From assembly GCA_963730185.1 (NCBI GenBank), contig CAVSQW010000009.1:128001-192000 (forward strand): a stretch of DNA of 64,000 bases. The letters are read 5' to 3'. The notes under the pieces were generated by a model. The model was not told the DNA's origin. It saw only the letters and a list, made by a program, of their open reading frames with translations, and made no database searches. The stretch is from an uncultured Gemmatimonadales bacterium. GTDB taxonomy: Bacteria > Gemmatimonadota > Gemmatimonadetes > Gemmatimonadales > GWC2-71-9. Below, one piece after another: positions 40,296 through 49,623 of the stretch. The position numbers and the translations under genes were made by a program. The stretch's first letter is position 1, and each line of letters begins with the position of its first letter.

Positions 40296-42922
40296 CGCCG
40301 CGCCCGCCCCGGATGCTGGCCTGGCTCGTCGCCCGCTTCACCCCGCGCCATCTCCGCGACGCCGTGCTCGGCGACCTGGCCGAGTCGTTCGCGCGGCGGG
40401 TCGCCCGGGACGGGCGCTGGGTTGCGCGCTGCTGGTACCTCCGTCAGGCGGGATCGGTGGCCGGTCGGTTGGGTCCCTTGACTGACGAGCCCACCTCCCT
40501 CACCCCGGCGCGCTCGCCGTTCCAGGGCGTCTGGGCCGACCTCCGGTTCGCCCTTCGGCTCCACCTCCGTCGTCCCGCCGCCACCCTGCTGGTCCTCGCG
40601 ACCCTGGGGCTCGGGATCGGCGCGTCGACCGCCATCTTCAGCGTGATTCGGCCCGCGCTGCTGGAGCCGCTCCCGTACCCGGCGGGGTCTCGCCTGGTTC
40701 GCCTCTGGGAGCCGGACCGCGGTCGAGACGGCCGGATGGGGTTCGCCACGCTGGACGATCTGGCACGGAGCGCCACGACCCTCGACGCGGTCGTCGCGAT
40801 GCGGTCCTGGTCGCCGAATCTGCTCCGGGCCGGCGAGCCGGTGGGCCTCGTGGCGCAGCGGGTCGGTCATCGGTTCTTCGGGATGTTGGGGGTGGTTCCG
40901 GCGATCGGCCGCGACTTCGCCGCGGCCGACGACGTGCCGGCCGCGGCCCCGGTGGCCATCCTGGCGGCCGACCTTTGGCGCGATCGTTTCGGCGCCGACC
41001 CGAACGTGGTGGGTCGCTCGATCTCGCTCGATGGCACCCCGTACCTCGTGATCGGAGTCCTGCCGGACGACTTCGAGAGCGTCTTGGCGCCGGGCGCCGA
41101 GCTCTGGACGCCGCTGCGTTACGATCTCGCGCTCCCGCAGGCCTGCGCGGAGTGTCGCCACCTGGTCGGACTGGGCCGGCTCGCAGCCGGTATGAGCCTC
41201 GCGGCCGCAACTCAGGAGGTCAACGGCCTCGTGGGACGGCTGGCGGCCGCGGATCGCGACGCCTACGGCTCGGGGACGGTGGTCGTGGAGCCCCTCCGCC
41301 ACAGCGTGATCGCCGAGAGCCGGCCGACCCTGATCCTCTTGTTCGCGGCCGTGAGCCTGCTGCTGCTGGTGGTGATAGTGAACGTCGCCCACCTCCTCCT
41401 CAGCCAGGCCGTCCAGCGCCGCCAGGAATTCGCCGTTCGGATGGCCGTGGGGTCCGGGCGCGATCGGGTGGTGCGACAAGTGATGCTGGAGTCGGCCCTC
41501 CTGGGGCTGGTGGGGTCGGCGGTGGCGGTGATGCTCACCCGCGCGGTTCTGGGCGCCATCCGGGCGGCCGCCACGGGGTTGCCGCGTCCCGGCGCCGTCG
41601 CGGTCGATGGCGGCGTAGTCCGGTTCGGCCTGGGCCTCGGTCTGGTCGTGGGAATGCTCGCGGGCTTGCTGCCGGCCCTCGTCTCGTTGCGGAGCGCCGG
41701 TGGGGGGATCGCGCTCGCCCTCCGCCCGTGGCGCCGCCACGGGATCCGCCGCGCCTTGGTGGTCGCGCAAGTGACGTTGGCGTCGGTCCTGGTCGTGGCT
41801 GCCGGGCTCTTGTCGCGGAGCATGACCAGGCTGCTCGCGGTCGACCCCGGATTCCAGGCCGACGGACTGGTCACCGCGCGGGTCGATCCGACCGGCCCGT
41901 CGTTCGAAACGGACGCCGAGGTGTGGCGCTACGTCCGTGAGGCCAGAACGGCCGTCCTCGCCCTGCCCGGCGTCGTCGACGCCGCCCTCGTCAACGAGCT
42001 CCCGTTGGCTGGAGGCTCGGATCAGTACGGCGTCGCGGCCGAGTCGCGCCTCGCGACCGACCCGAAGGCGTGGACCTCGGCCGACCGGTACTCGGTCACC
42101 ACGGGGTATTTCGCCGCCCTGCGGATTCCGGTCACCGAGGGGCGCGCGTTCACTGGCGCCGACCGGGCCGGGACCGCGCCCGTCGCGGTCGTGAACCGGC
42201 GCTACGCCCGGAACACGTTCGTCGGAGGGAGCCCACTCGGCCAGCGGATCCGCATCGGCGGTCGGGAGCCGGCCGTCTGGTATACGATCGTCGGGGTGGT
42301 GGGTAACGTGCGGCAGGATGGGCTCGATCGCCCGCCCAACCCGCAGGTCTACGTCCCCTTCGACCAGTGGCCGGGGGCTGACCGGCCGATGACGGTGGTG
42401 GCGCGGACCGTCGGCGATCCCGGCGGAGCCGCGCCGGCTTTGCGAGCCGCCTTACGCGCGCTCCACCCCGACCCGACCATCACCCGGGTGGTCCCGATGA
42501 CGGCGGTTATCGATCGGGCTCTTGCCAGGCGCACGGTGGTCCTCCGCCTGTTTCAGGCCTTCGGCCTCCTGGCCCTGACGTTGGCGGCCGTCGGGTGCTA
42601 CGGTGTCATGGCAAGCGACGTTGCCGAGCGGCGCCGCGAGCTCGGGATCCGGGCGGCGTTGGGGGCGTCGGCGGGTCGGTTGGGCGCCGCGGTGGTTCGA
42701 GAGACCCTGGGGCTCGCCGTGGCGGGCCTGGCCCTCGGGATCCCGATCTCCCTTGGGCTCGCGATCCGGTTGGGCCCGAGCACGACCGCCGTCCGGCCGA
42801 CGGACCTACCGGCCTATGGCCTGGCGATCGTCGGACTACTGGTCGCGATGCTCGTGGCCGCCTGGGTTCCCGCCCGCCGGGCGGCCCGTCTCGATCCCAC
42901 CCGAATTCTCCGGAGCGAGTGA
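40292..42922 (+). CDS. ADOP-type duplicated ABC permease with N-terminal prefix domain
   Basis: GTGA overlap with padR; PPR.LAWL...DAVLGDLAE.F...WY.RQ prefix; DLRFALR, ELGIRAALGA, PARRAARLDP. Confidence 0.95.
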   Translation: MTPRPPRMLAWLVARFTPRHLRDAVLGDLAESFARRVARDGRWVARCWYLRQAGSVAGRLGPLTDEPTSLTPARSPFQGVWADLRFALRLHLRRPAATLLVLATLGLGIGASTAIFSVIRPALLEPLPYPAGSRLVRLWEPDRGRDGRMGFATLDDLARSATTLDAVVAMRSWSPNLLRAGEPVGLVAQRVGHRFFGMLGVVPAIGRDFAAADDVPAAAPVAILAADLWRDRFGADPNVVGRSISLDGTPYLVIGVLPDDFESVLAPGAELWTPLRYDLALPQACAECRHLVGLGRLAAGMSLAAATQEVNGLVGRLAAADRDAYGSGTVVVEPLRHSVIAESRPTLILLFAAVSLLLLVVIVNVAHLLLSQAVQRRQEFAVRMAVGSGRDRVVRQVMLESALLGLVGSAVAVMLTRAVLGAIRAAATGLPRPGAVAVDGGVVRFGLGLGLVVGMLAGLLPALVSLRSAGGGIALALRPWRRHGIRRALVVAQVTLASVLVVAAGLLSRSMTRLLAVDPGFQADGLVTARVDPTGPSFETDAEVWRYVREARTAVLALPGVVDAALVNELPLAGGSDQYGVAAESRLATDPKAWTSADRYSVTTGYFAALRIPVTEGRAFTGADRAGTAPVAVVNRRYARNTFVGGSPLGQRIRIGGREPAVWYTIVGVVGNVRQDGLDRPPNPQVYVPFDQWPGADRPMTVVARTVGDPGGAAPALRAALRALHPDPTITRVVPMTAVIDRALARRTVVLRLFQAFGLLALTLAAVGCYGVMASDVAERRRELGIRAALGASAGRLGAAVVRETLGLAVAGLALGIPISLGLAIRLGPSTTAVRPTDLPAYGLAIVGLLVAMLVAAWVPARRAARLDPTRILRSE

Positions 42923-42936
42923 TCGGCGGCCCGCGC

Positions 42937-43331
42937 CTACCCCCGCGGGCCCGTGGCGTACGTCCCGCGTCCCACGGCGACCAAGGTGCCGGCCTCGTCC
43001 CGAACCTCGACGTCCGCGACGCCCACCGTCCGCCCCAGCTTCACCACCCGACCACTCGCCAGCAGATCGCCCCGACGCGCCGGCCGGAGCCAGTCCACTC
43101 GGAGGTCGATCGTCGGGGTACGCCGGCCCCGAGCCGGGTGACGATCGCGTAGTCACCCGCGATGTCCACCAGCGCGCTCATGACCCCGCCATGGAGCCAG
43201 TCGGAGCCGTCCTCCCGCAGGAACTCGTCGCGGAATGGCAGTCGGATCACGATTTCGCCGTCGCCAGCCCGTTCCAGCCGCAGGCCGAGAAACCGCTGAT
43301 ACGGCGAGCTGTCGAACCGAATCTCCGTCAT
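42937..43331 (-). CDS. PaaI family thioesterase, frameshift near 43115
   Basis: ATG 43331 overlaps the permease stop; LHGGVMSALVD; after the shift TIDLRVDWLRPA..G.VVKLGRTVGVADVEV...GRGTY to TAG at 42937. Confidence 0.88.
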
Positions 43332-44659
43332 GCCGCACCTCGCAGGCCGGGACGCCGCCGCACGGCAACCCAATGGAGCAGCGCCAGCCCCGCGACCACC
43401 GCCAGCCAGATGCCTTCCCGGGCGCTCATCCGAGTCACGAGCACCAACGTCGCCAGGAGCCCGAGCGAGGCGGCCGCGGTTCCGAAGGGAACCCGGAACG
43501 CCGCGGCGGCGACGCCCGAGTCCGGCTTCCGCTCCCGCCACCGGAGCGCCGGGAGGGCCGCGCAGACCAGGCCGTAGGTGAGGAGCCGCGACACGGTGCT
43601 CAGCGTGATGTTCTGGAGCAGGCCGCCCTGAAGACTCAGCACGAACACCAGGATCGAATAGGTCAGGATCGAGACCCAGGGCGTGCGCCAGCGGGGATGC
43701 ACCCAGGCGAAGAACGCGGGCAGGTCGCCGCGCTCGGCCATGGCGAAGGTGAGGCGGGGCACCGCGAGCATCGCGGCCGAGCCCCAGCCGTAGACCGAGG
43801 TGATCGCGATCACGGTCATCGCCACCGCCCCTCCCCGGCCCAGCATCACTCCTGCGGCCTCGGCGAGGGGGCGTCCGGTGTCACCCGGGTCGGGAAGCGT
43901 CGCCAGCACGGCGACCTGGACCAGGAGATAGATCACGACCACGGCGCCGAGGCCTGCGAGGAGCGCCAGCGGCGCGTCGCGCCGCGGGTTACGAGACTCG
44001 CCCATCGGAAAGGTGGCCGTCTCGAACCCGCCGTACGAGAACATCAGCAGCAGCAGCACGCCGAGCCAGCCGGCGGGGGTCGCCTCGGCGGGCACCGGGG
44101 CGGGAGTGGCATTGCCTCGGGCGATCCAGAGCAGCCCCAGGCCGGCGAAGGCCAGCAAGGCGCCCACCTTGGCGACAGCGAACCCTCCGCTCAACCGGGC
44201 GCCAGGCCTGGCGCCGCGGAGGTTCACCACCGTCAGCACCCCCAGCAGGACCGCCGCGATCACCGCCGAGCCCAGTCGGGTGCCCGCGACCGGCCAGAAC
44301 TCGGCCAGATAGGTGGTGAGCAGGTTGACCTGCACCGCCGCCGAGACCAGCCGGACGAACAAGGCCATCCATCCCATCTGGAGGCCGACCAACCGTCCGA
44401 AGGCGGCCTGGGCGTAGAGGTAGGGACCGCCCGCCTCCGTGAAGCGCGATGCCACCTCGCCGAAACTCAGGATGATGAGGACCGTCACCCCCGCAGCGAC
44501 CACCAACGCGACCAGCGAGTACCATCCCAGCCGGGCCGCGATGGTTCCAGGCAGCGCGAAGACCCCGCTCCCGATGATCTGATTGAGGACGATCGCCGTG
44601 ATTCCCCAGAGGCCGATCGACCGGAGCACCGTGACGCCGCCGGGTCGACCGGCTAGCAT
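43328..44659 (-). CDS. APC family amino acid permease
   Basis: LRSIGLWG...NQIIGSGVFALP, GGPYLY..AFG, SYGGFE, ESRNPRRD, HPRWRTP; about 12 TM segments. Confidence 0.93.
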   Translation of the reverse strand: MLAGRPGGVTVLRSIGLWGITAIVLNQIIGSGVFALPGTIAARLGWYSLVALVVAAGVTVLIILSFGEVASRFTEAGGPYLYAQAAFGRLVGLQMGWMALFVRLVSAAVQVNLLTTYLAEFWPVAGTRLGSAVIAAVLLGVLTVVNLRGARPGARLSGGFAVAKVGALLAFAGLGLLWIARGNATPAPVPAEATPAGWLGVLLLLMFSYGGFETATFPMGESRNPRRDAPLALLAGLGAVVVIYLLVQVAVLATLPDPGDTGRPLAEAAGVMLGRGGAVAMTVIAITSVYGWGSAAMLAVPRLTFAMAERGDLPAFFAWVHPRWRTPWVSILTYSILVFVLSLQGGLLQNITLSTVSRLLTYGLVCAALPALRWRERKPDSGVAAAAFRVPFGTAAASLGLLATLVLVTRMSAREGIWLAVVAGLALLHWVAVRRRPGLRGAA

Positions 44660-44683
44660 TGACCAAACCCGCCCAAGGCCATC

Positions 44684-45172
44684 ATGTCCCTCCATTCGTC
44701 GTTCGTTCGGTCCGGGCCGATCCTCACCCTGGGCCTGGCGGCCGCCTGCGCGGCCGTCGCGCCGCGCTATCAGGCCCGCACCCGCGACGTCACCGTCACC
44801 ACCGTGCCGCTGCTGGTGAAGGAGACCCGGGCGCTCTACCCCTTTCTCGACGCCGCGTTCGCCAAGGGCGGGGCGCTCGAAGGCAAGGAGGTCTACGCAT
44901 TCTCGCCGAGCACGATCACGGTGGTTGAGGGAGACACCGTGCACCTCACGATCGTCAACCCGGAAGACGATGTCCACTCGTTCGTGCTGCCGGACTTCGT
45001 GGTTCCCCTGCCCCCGAATCACACCGTCGACACGACCTACGTGGCCCGACGGGCGGGGATCTATCCCTTCCTCTGCGCCGTCGCGAGCCACCTGCCGATG
45101 ATGTGGGGCCAGCTGGTCGTCCTGTCGCCTGCCGCGATCGCGTCGGGAGCGTCCCCGTCGGACAGGTCCTAA
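44684..45172 (+). CDS. Cupredoxin-domain exported protein, possibly a lipoprotein
   Basis: LAAAC lipobox-like; FSPSTITVVEGDTV, HSF, and C-x4-H-x3-M (CAVASHLPMM) type-1 copper ligands. Confidence 0.85.
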   Translation: MSLHSSFVRSGPILTLGLAAACAAVAPRYQARTRDVTVTTVPLLVKETRALYPFLDAAFAKGGALEGKEVYAFSPSTITVVEGDTVHLTIVNPEDDVHSFVLPDFVVPLPPNHTVDTTYVARRAGIYPFLCAVASHLPMMWGQLVVLSPAAIASGASPSDRS

Positions 45173-46680
45173 CTTCGTCCCCGGGCTCGCGCCGTCGCGC
45201 GGGCTTCCTCGAGCAGCGCCGTCCGGTCGATCTTGTGGGTCCCGGCCAGCGGCAGCCGTTCCTTGAAGATCACGAAGCGAGGATGGCTGAACGCCGGTCC
45301 CTCCGCGAGCGCGAACTGACGGACCAGCTCCTCGGTGAGGTCGTGGCCAGTGGCCGGGACTACGAACGCCACCGGGATCTGACCCTTGATCTCGTCGGGC
45401 ACCGGAACCACGGCCGCCTGGGCGACGCCGGGACAGCGCTCCACCAGCTTTTCGACCTCGCCCGGGTACACGTTCTCGCCGCCCGACACGAACATGTCGT
45501 CGGCCCGGCCCACGAAGTAGAAGAATCCTTCGGCGTCGTGCCGCATCACGTCGCCGGTGTCGTACCATCCATCGCGGATCCGCTCGCTCGTGACGCGGGG
45601 AAGGTTCAGGTACCCCGCCATCAGCGCCGGCGTCTGGAGCTCGAGCACGCCCTCGTCCGACCGGTCGCCGCCGGCCAGTCGCCACCGGATGTCGGCGAAC
45701 GGGTAGCCCAGCGAGAGAGGTGGCCGAGGCCGCCCGTCGGGGTGCCCGCCGAACACGCTGGGACCGGCTTCGGTCGTCCCGTAGCCGTTGGTGACGGTCG
45801 CGTTCGGAAAGAGGGCTCGTACCTTGTCGATCAGGGCATCCGTGAGCGGCGCCGATCCGATCGTGATGGTCCTCACCCCGGTCAGATCGAGCCGCTCCAG
45901 CAGGGCCCGCTCGCGCGCCATCAGCGCGAACATGGTGGGGATGCCGCTCAACAGCGTACACCGGTAGCGGGCGACAGCCTCGAGATAGGTCCGGGCCTCG
46001 AAACGGGGCAGTGAGATGATGGCGAATCCGTTCGCGAGCGCGACCATCGAGAAGAAGAGACCGTTTTTATGGTAGGTCGGCGCGACGATCGGCGTCCGCT
46101 CGGCCAGCCCCTCCGGTCCCGGGGTCAGATAGTGACCCAGTGCCCAGAGCTGGCCCCGATGACTGAGCGGGACCCCTTTGGGGCGGCCGGTCGACCCGGA
46201 GGTGTAGAGGATCTTGGCCAGCTCGTCCGGTCCGGGACGCACCGCGGCGAACGGACCGGGGTCCAGCAGCTCGGCGAAGGGGCGGCCCCCGCCATCGTCC
46301 AGGCGCCAGTGATCGTACCCTTCCGGCACCAGCTCGCCTCTCACTCCGTCGGCGATGACCGCTCGCACCGCGGCGTCCTCGAGGATGAAGCGGATCGTGT
46401 CTCGGGCCAGCCGATGGTTGATCGGCACCGGGACCAGCCCCGCCCGCATCAGGCCGGCGTAGGCCAGCAGGAACTCGGCCCGGTTGTCCGACAGGATCGC
46501 GACCCGGTCGCCGCGGACGTAGCCCTGCTTCAGCATCCCCCGCGCCACGGCGTTCATCCCGGCATCGAGCTCGGCCGCGGTCCACGCCCTCGGAGCGGCC
46601 GGGTCGCGCAGGTCGATGAGCGCCTCGCGGTCGGGCAGCTCGGGGCGGACGATGGCCCCGAGGTTGGTGAAGGTGGTCAT
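45169..46680 (-). CDS. Class I adenylate-forming enzyme (acyl-CoA ligase)
   Basis: YTSGSTGRPKG, GYGTTE, YDTGD, GRADDM..SGGENVYP.EVE; ATGA overlap with the upstream gene. Confidence 0.94.
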   Translation of the reverse strand: MTTFTNLGAIVRPELPDREALIDLRDPAAPRAWTAAELDAGMNAVARGMLKQGYVRGDRVAILSDNRAEFLLAYAGLMRAGLVPVPINHRLARDTIRFILEDAAVRAVIADGVRGELVPEGYDHWRLDDGGGRPFAELLDPGPFAAVRPGPDELAKILYTSGSTGRPKGVPLSHRGQLWALGHYLTPGPEGLAERTPIVAPTYHKNGLFFSMVALANGFAIISLPRFEARTYLEAVARYRCTLLSGIPTMFALMARERALLERLDLTGVRTITIGSAPLTDALIDKVRALFPNATVTNGYGTTEAGPSVFGGHPDGRPRPPLSLGYPFADIRWRLAGGDRSDEGVLELQTPALMAGYLNLPRVTSERIRDGWYDTGDVMRHDAEGFFYFVGRADDMFVSGGENVYPGEVEKLVERCPGVAQAAVVPVPDEIKGQIPVAFVVPATGHDLTEELVRQFALAEGPAFSHPRFVIFKERLPLAGTHKIDRTALLEEARATARARGRS

Positions 46681-47687
46681 GGTCGGAAGAGAATCTTGCC
46701 GAAGACTTCGCGGTCCTCGAGCATCCGCTCGCCTTCGGCGACCTCGGGGAGGGGAAGCACTGCGTCGACGACCGGGTCGAGTCGTCCGGTCGCGATCAGG
46801 TCCATCAAGGTGATCAGATCCTCCGGGGTCCAGCCGTCGGAGCCGATCATGGTGTGCTCGAAGGTCCAGAGATAGCGGGCATCGGTGGTGAGCTGGTAGC
46901 CGGCGGTCGCGCCGCAGGTGACGATTCGTCCACCCGAGGTCACGCTCTTCTGGGTGTCGAGCCAGGTCTCGCCGCCGGTGAAGTTCACGGCCAGGTCCAC
47001 TCCACCGCCGCCGGTGATGCGCGGCTTGCCGTAGATTTCGCGGACGGCATCGAGGAATCGGCTCTCGGTGTAGTTGACCACGTGATCGGCGCCGAGGGCC
47101 CGGAGTCGCTCGAGCTTCCACTCGCTTCCGGCGCACGCCACCACCTCCGCCCCGGCCAGCTTGGCGAGCTGCACCGAGGCCACGCCCACCCCGCCGCTCG
47201 CCCCCAGCACCAGCACCCGCTCGCCCGCCGCGACCCGGGCGCGTGTCACCAGCATCCGATGGGCCGTGCCGTACGCCAGCGGCAGCGCCGCCGCCTGCTC
47301 CAGGGTTACGCCGTCCGGAACCCGGATCAGCTGGTTGGCCGGCACCCGCACCCGCTCAGCCCGTCCGCCGTCCGCGATCTCCCCGATCATTCCGACGTGA
47401 GCCCCGTCGCGGTAGACCGGGTCGATCAGCACTCGGTCACCCTGATGCCAACCGTGTACCCCGCCGCCCAGGATCTCGACCGTCCCCGCGATGTCCGACC
47501 CCACCACCACCGGAAGCGGGATCCGAATGCCCGGCATCCCGCGCCGGGTGAAGATGTCGTGGTAGTTGAGGGCCGTGGCGACGACCCGGACAACCACCTC
47601 GCCGGGGCCGGGCACCGGATCGGGATAGTCATCCCGGTACTGGAGGCAGCTTCGGTCGCCGTGGGCGGTCGTGAGGACGGCACGCAT
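46677..47687 (-). CDS. MDR superfamily NAD(P)H-dependent reductase (quinone or enoyl reductase-like)
   Basis: PGPGEVVVRV.ATALNYHD, VVGSDIAG, VLVLGASGGVG, GADHVVNY, VFGKILF; catalytic Zn ligands absent. Confidence 0.92.
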   Translation of the reverse strand: MRAVLTTAHGDRSCLQYRDDYPDPVPGPGEVVVRVVATALNYHDIFTRRGMPGIRIPLPVVVGSDIAGTVEILGGGVHGWHQGDRVLIDPVYRDGAHVGMIGEIADGGRAERVRVPANQLIRVPDGVTLEQAAALPLAYGTAHRMLVTRARVAAGERVLVLGASGGVGVASVQLAKLAGAEVVACAGSEWKLERLRALGADHVVNYTESRFLDAVREIYGKPRITGGGGVDLAVNFTGGETWLDTQKSVTSGGRIVTCGATAGYQLTTDARYLWTFEHTMIGSDGWTPEDLITLMDLIATGRLDPVVDAVLPLPEVAEGERMLEDREVFGKILFRP

Positions 47688-48871
47688 CAACTCGTCTCCC
47701 GGGGGCGAAGGCGTCGAACCGCCGGCAGGACCACCAGCAGGCCCAGCAGACAATACCCGGCCACGACGGCGTAGCCCGCCCCGTATCCGCCGGACCGGTC
47801 CGCGAGCAGCCCCACCAAGGGTTGGGCAAAGAAGCCGAGGCTGTAAAAGAGCTGGTAGAGACCATAACCCTGGCCCGAGCGCTCGGCTCCCAGCAGAAAG
47901 GTCGGCAGCGCGAAGAGCGCCGGCATGCCGAAGGCGAGCGAGAGCCCCATCACGCCGGACGACACCAGCGGCGGTACCCCGGGAGCGAACAGCAGGCCCA
48001 CGCTGGCCAGCGCGAAGAGGGTGGCCGCAACGACGAAGGGAATCCCGGTGCCGGGCCGGAGGAACGAGGAGAGGATCGGCTTCAGGATCAGGGCCAGCAA
48101 TGCGTAGGCCCCGACGATCGACGAGGCCCGGGCCAGCTCGAAGCCTCGTCCCACCAGGAAATCCGGTGTGAAGGTGAGGTAGCCTTCCGTCCCGATGCTG
48201 TAGCCGAAGTAGGCCAGGGCCAGGAGCCAGGCTCCCAAGCCCAGCTCGAGGGGGCGGAACCGGACCGGCGGCCCACCCGTAGCGCTGATCGCGTCCTGGC
48301 TGGGGAGGACCAGAATCAGGCCGACGCCCACCGCCGACAGCCCGGCCAGGAGGGAGAGCGCGGGACGCCACCCCGCCGCGCTCCCGATCGACCCCAGCAC
48401 GTTCAGGCTCAGGAACACTCCCGCCGTGAATGCCATCGTGTAGAGGCCCATCACGAAGCCCAACTCCCGGCGCCCCGCGAACCAGGTGCCGATCAGCTTG
48501 GGGGCGCCGATCATGTGGGCATTCATCCCGATCGAGAACACCAGCCGCCCGGCGCAGAGCACCCAGAAGCTCGGCGCCAGCGCCATCAGCACGGTGCCGG
48601 CGAGGATGAATCCCCAGCAGACTCCAAGGACCCGCTTGATCGGATAGCGGTCGAACGCCCACCCGGCTGGGAGCGCCACCACGATGCCCGGGAGGTACCA
48701 GAGACCGGAGAGGAGGCCGCCCTGGGCCCGGGTGATGCCGAGGTCCCGGATCCAGAGGTTGAGAAGCGGGAACACGGCCGCGAAGCCCATCATCCCGACG
48801 GTCGTGGCCGCGATAGTCACCGCCAACACGACCCAACGGGTCCCGGAGGGGACGATCGCCCGGCCGGTCAT
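47687..48871 (-). CDS. MFS transporter
   Basis: About 12 TM segments, GWAFDRYPIKRV motif A, GRLVFSIG, WRPA; TGATG overlaps on both sides. Confidence 0.9.
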   Translation of the reverse strand: MTGRAIVPSGTRWVVLAVTIAATTVGMMGFAAVFPLLNLWIRDLGITRAQGGLLSGLWYLPGIVVALPAGWAFDRYPIKRVLGVCWGFILAGTVLMALAPSFWVLCAGRLVFSIGMNAHMIGAPKLIGTWFAGRRELGFVMGLYTMAFTAGVFLSLNVLGSIGSAAGWRPALSLLAGLSAVGVGLILVLPSQDAISATGGPPVRFRPLELGLGAWLLALAYFGYSIGTEGYLTFTPDFLVGRGFELARASSIVGAYALLALILKPILSSFLRPGTGIPFVVAATLFALASVGLLFAPGVPPLVSSGVMGLSLAFGMPALFALPTFLLGAERSGQGYGLYQLFYSLGFFAQPLVGLLADRSGGYGAGYAVVAGYCLLGLLVVLPAVRRLRPRETS

Positions 48872-49494
48872 CACTGCGCCACGGCGCGGCCCCGGCCGCC
48901 GCGAGCCGTGGCCCGGTAGGGCGTGAGGAGAAAGCCGAGGTCGCGACGCACCGCCTCCCGAAGCGAGCCCACCGGGGCGTAGGCCCACACGGTGTAGGTG
49001 CCGATCCAGGTCACGAACACCGCTCGTGCCAGCGCCGGATGGTCGAGACCAGGCCGGAGCTGACCCTGGTCGGCGGCCTGGGCGAGCACCAGGGCGAACG
49101 CCGCCAGGTAGTCACGCTCCCGCTCCTTCGCCTCGCGGGCTCCCGATCGCGCGGCCAGGTGCCCGGGATCGAAGAGATAGGAGTTGGAGAGGAGGTAGAG
49201 CCGGCGGGCGTTCCGCTCGGCGACTTGGCCCAGGCGGGTGACCAGCGCCCCGAGGGGATCGGCGACGTCGGCGAGCCCGGCGAAGATGGCCTCCCGCATC
49301 CGGACATCGGCCAGGCGCTCGGCGGCGGCCAGGAGCTCGGCGCGCGAGCCGAACCGCTGGACCAACCGGGCCGAGCTCAGGCCGACCTCGCGAGCCACCC
49401 GGGCCAGAGTAACCCGGGGTCCGAAGCGACGGACCGCCCGGACCGCCTCGGTCAGGATCTCGGCGTCGCTCTGGTCGGCACGGCGAGGGCTCAT
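48871..49494 (-). CDS. TetR family regulator, MphR(A)-like
   Basis: SDAEIL..A....R.GP.VTLARVAREVGLSSARLVQRFGSRAELL HTH; C-terminal G...WA..P.G.L...V pattern. Confidence 0.88.
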   Translation of the reverse strand: MSPRRADQSDAEILTEAVRAVRRFGPRVTLARVAREVGLSSARLVQRFGSRAELLAAAERLADVRMREAIFAGLADVADPLGALVTRLGQVAERNARRLYLLSNSYLFDPGHLAARSGAREAKERERDYLAAFALVLAQAADQGQLRPGLDHPALARAVFVTWIGTYTVWAYAPVGSLREAVRRDLGFLLTPYRATARGGRGRAVAQ

Positions 49495-49566
49495 CGGCGG
49501 CCGGTGGCTCGCGAGGGGAGGTGGCGGAGGCGCGGGCATGGTCGGCTTGCCGGGCCCGCTACAATT

Positions 49567-49581
49567 CTTAACTTCGTTAAG
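49567..49581. promoter_or_regulatory. Inverted repeat CTTAAC-N3-GTTAAG, candidate TetR operator
   Basis: AT-rich palindrome next to a TACAAT -10-like box (49560-49565), between the divergent TetR and amidohydrolase genes. Confidence 0.65.
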
Positions 49582-49623
49582 GAAACCCGACAAGACCCAC
49601 CGCTCGACGGCCGGGAGGTGCCC

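Noticed and set aside
30981..45172. Copper-resistance island (cutC plus cupredoxin)
   Set aside because: The genes are 13 kb apart with unrelated genes between, and there is no copper ATPase, oxidase or copper regulator.
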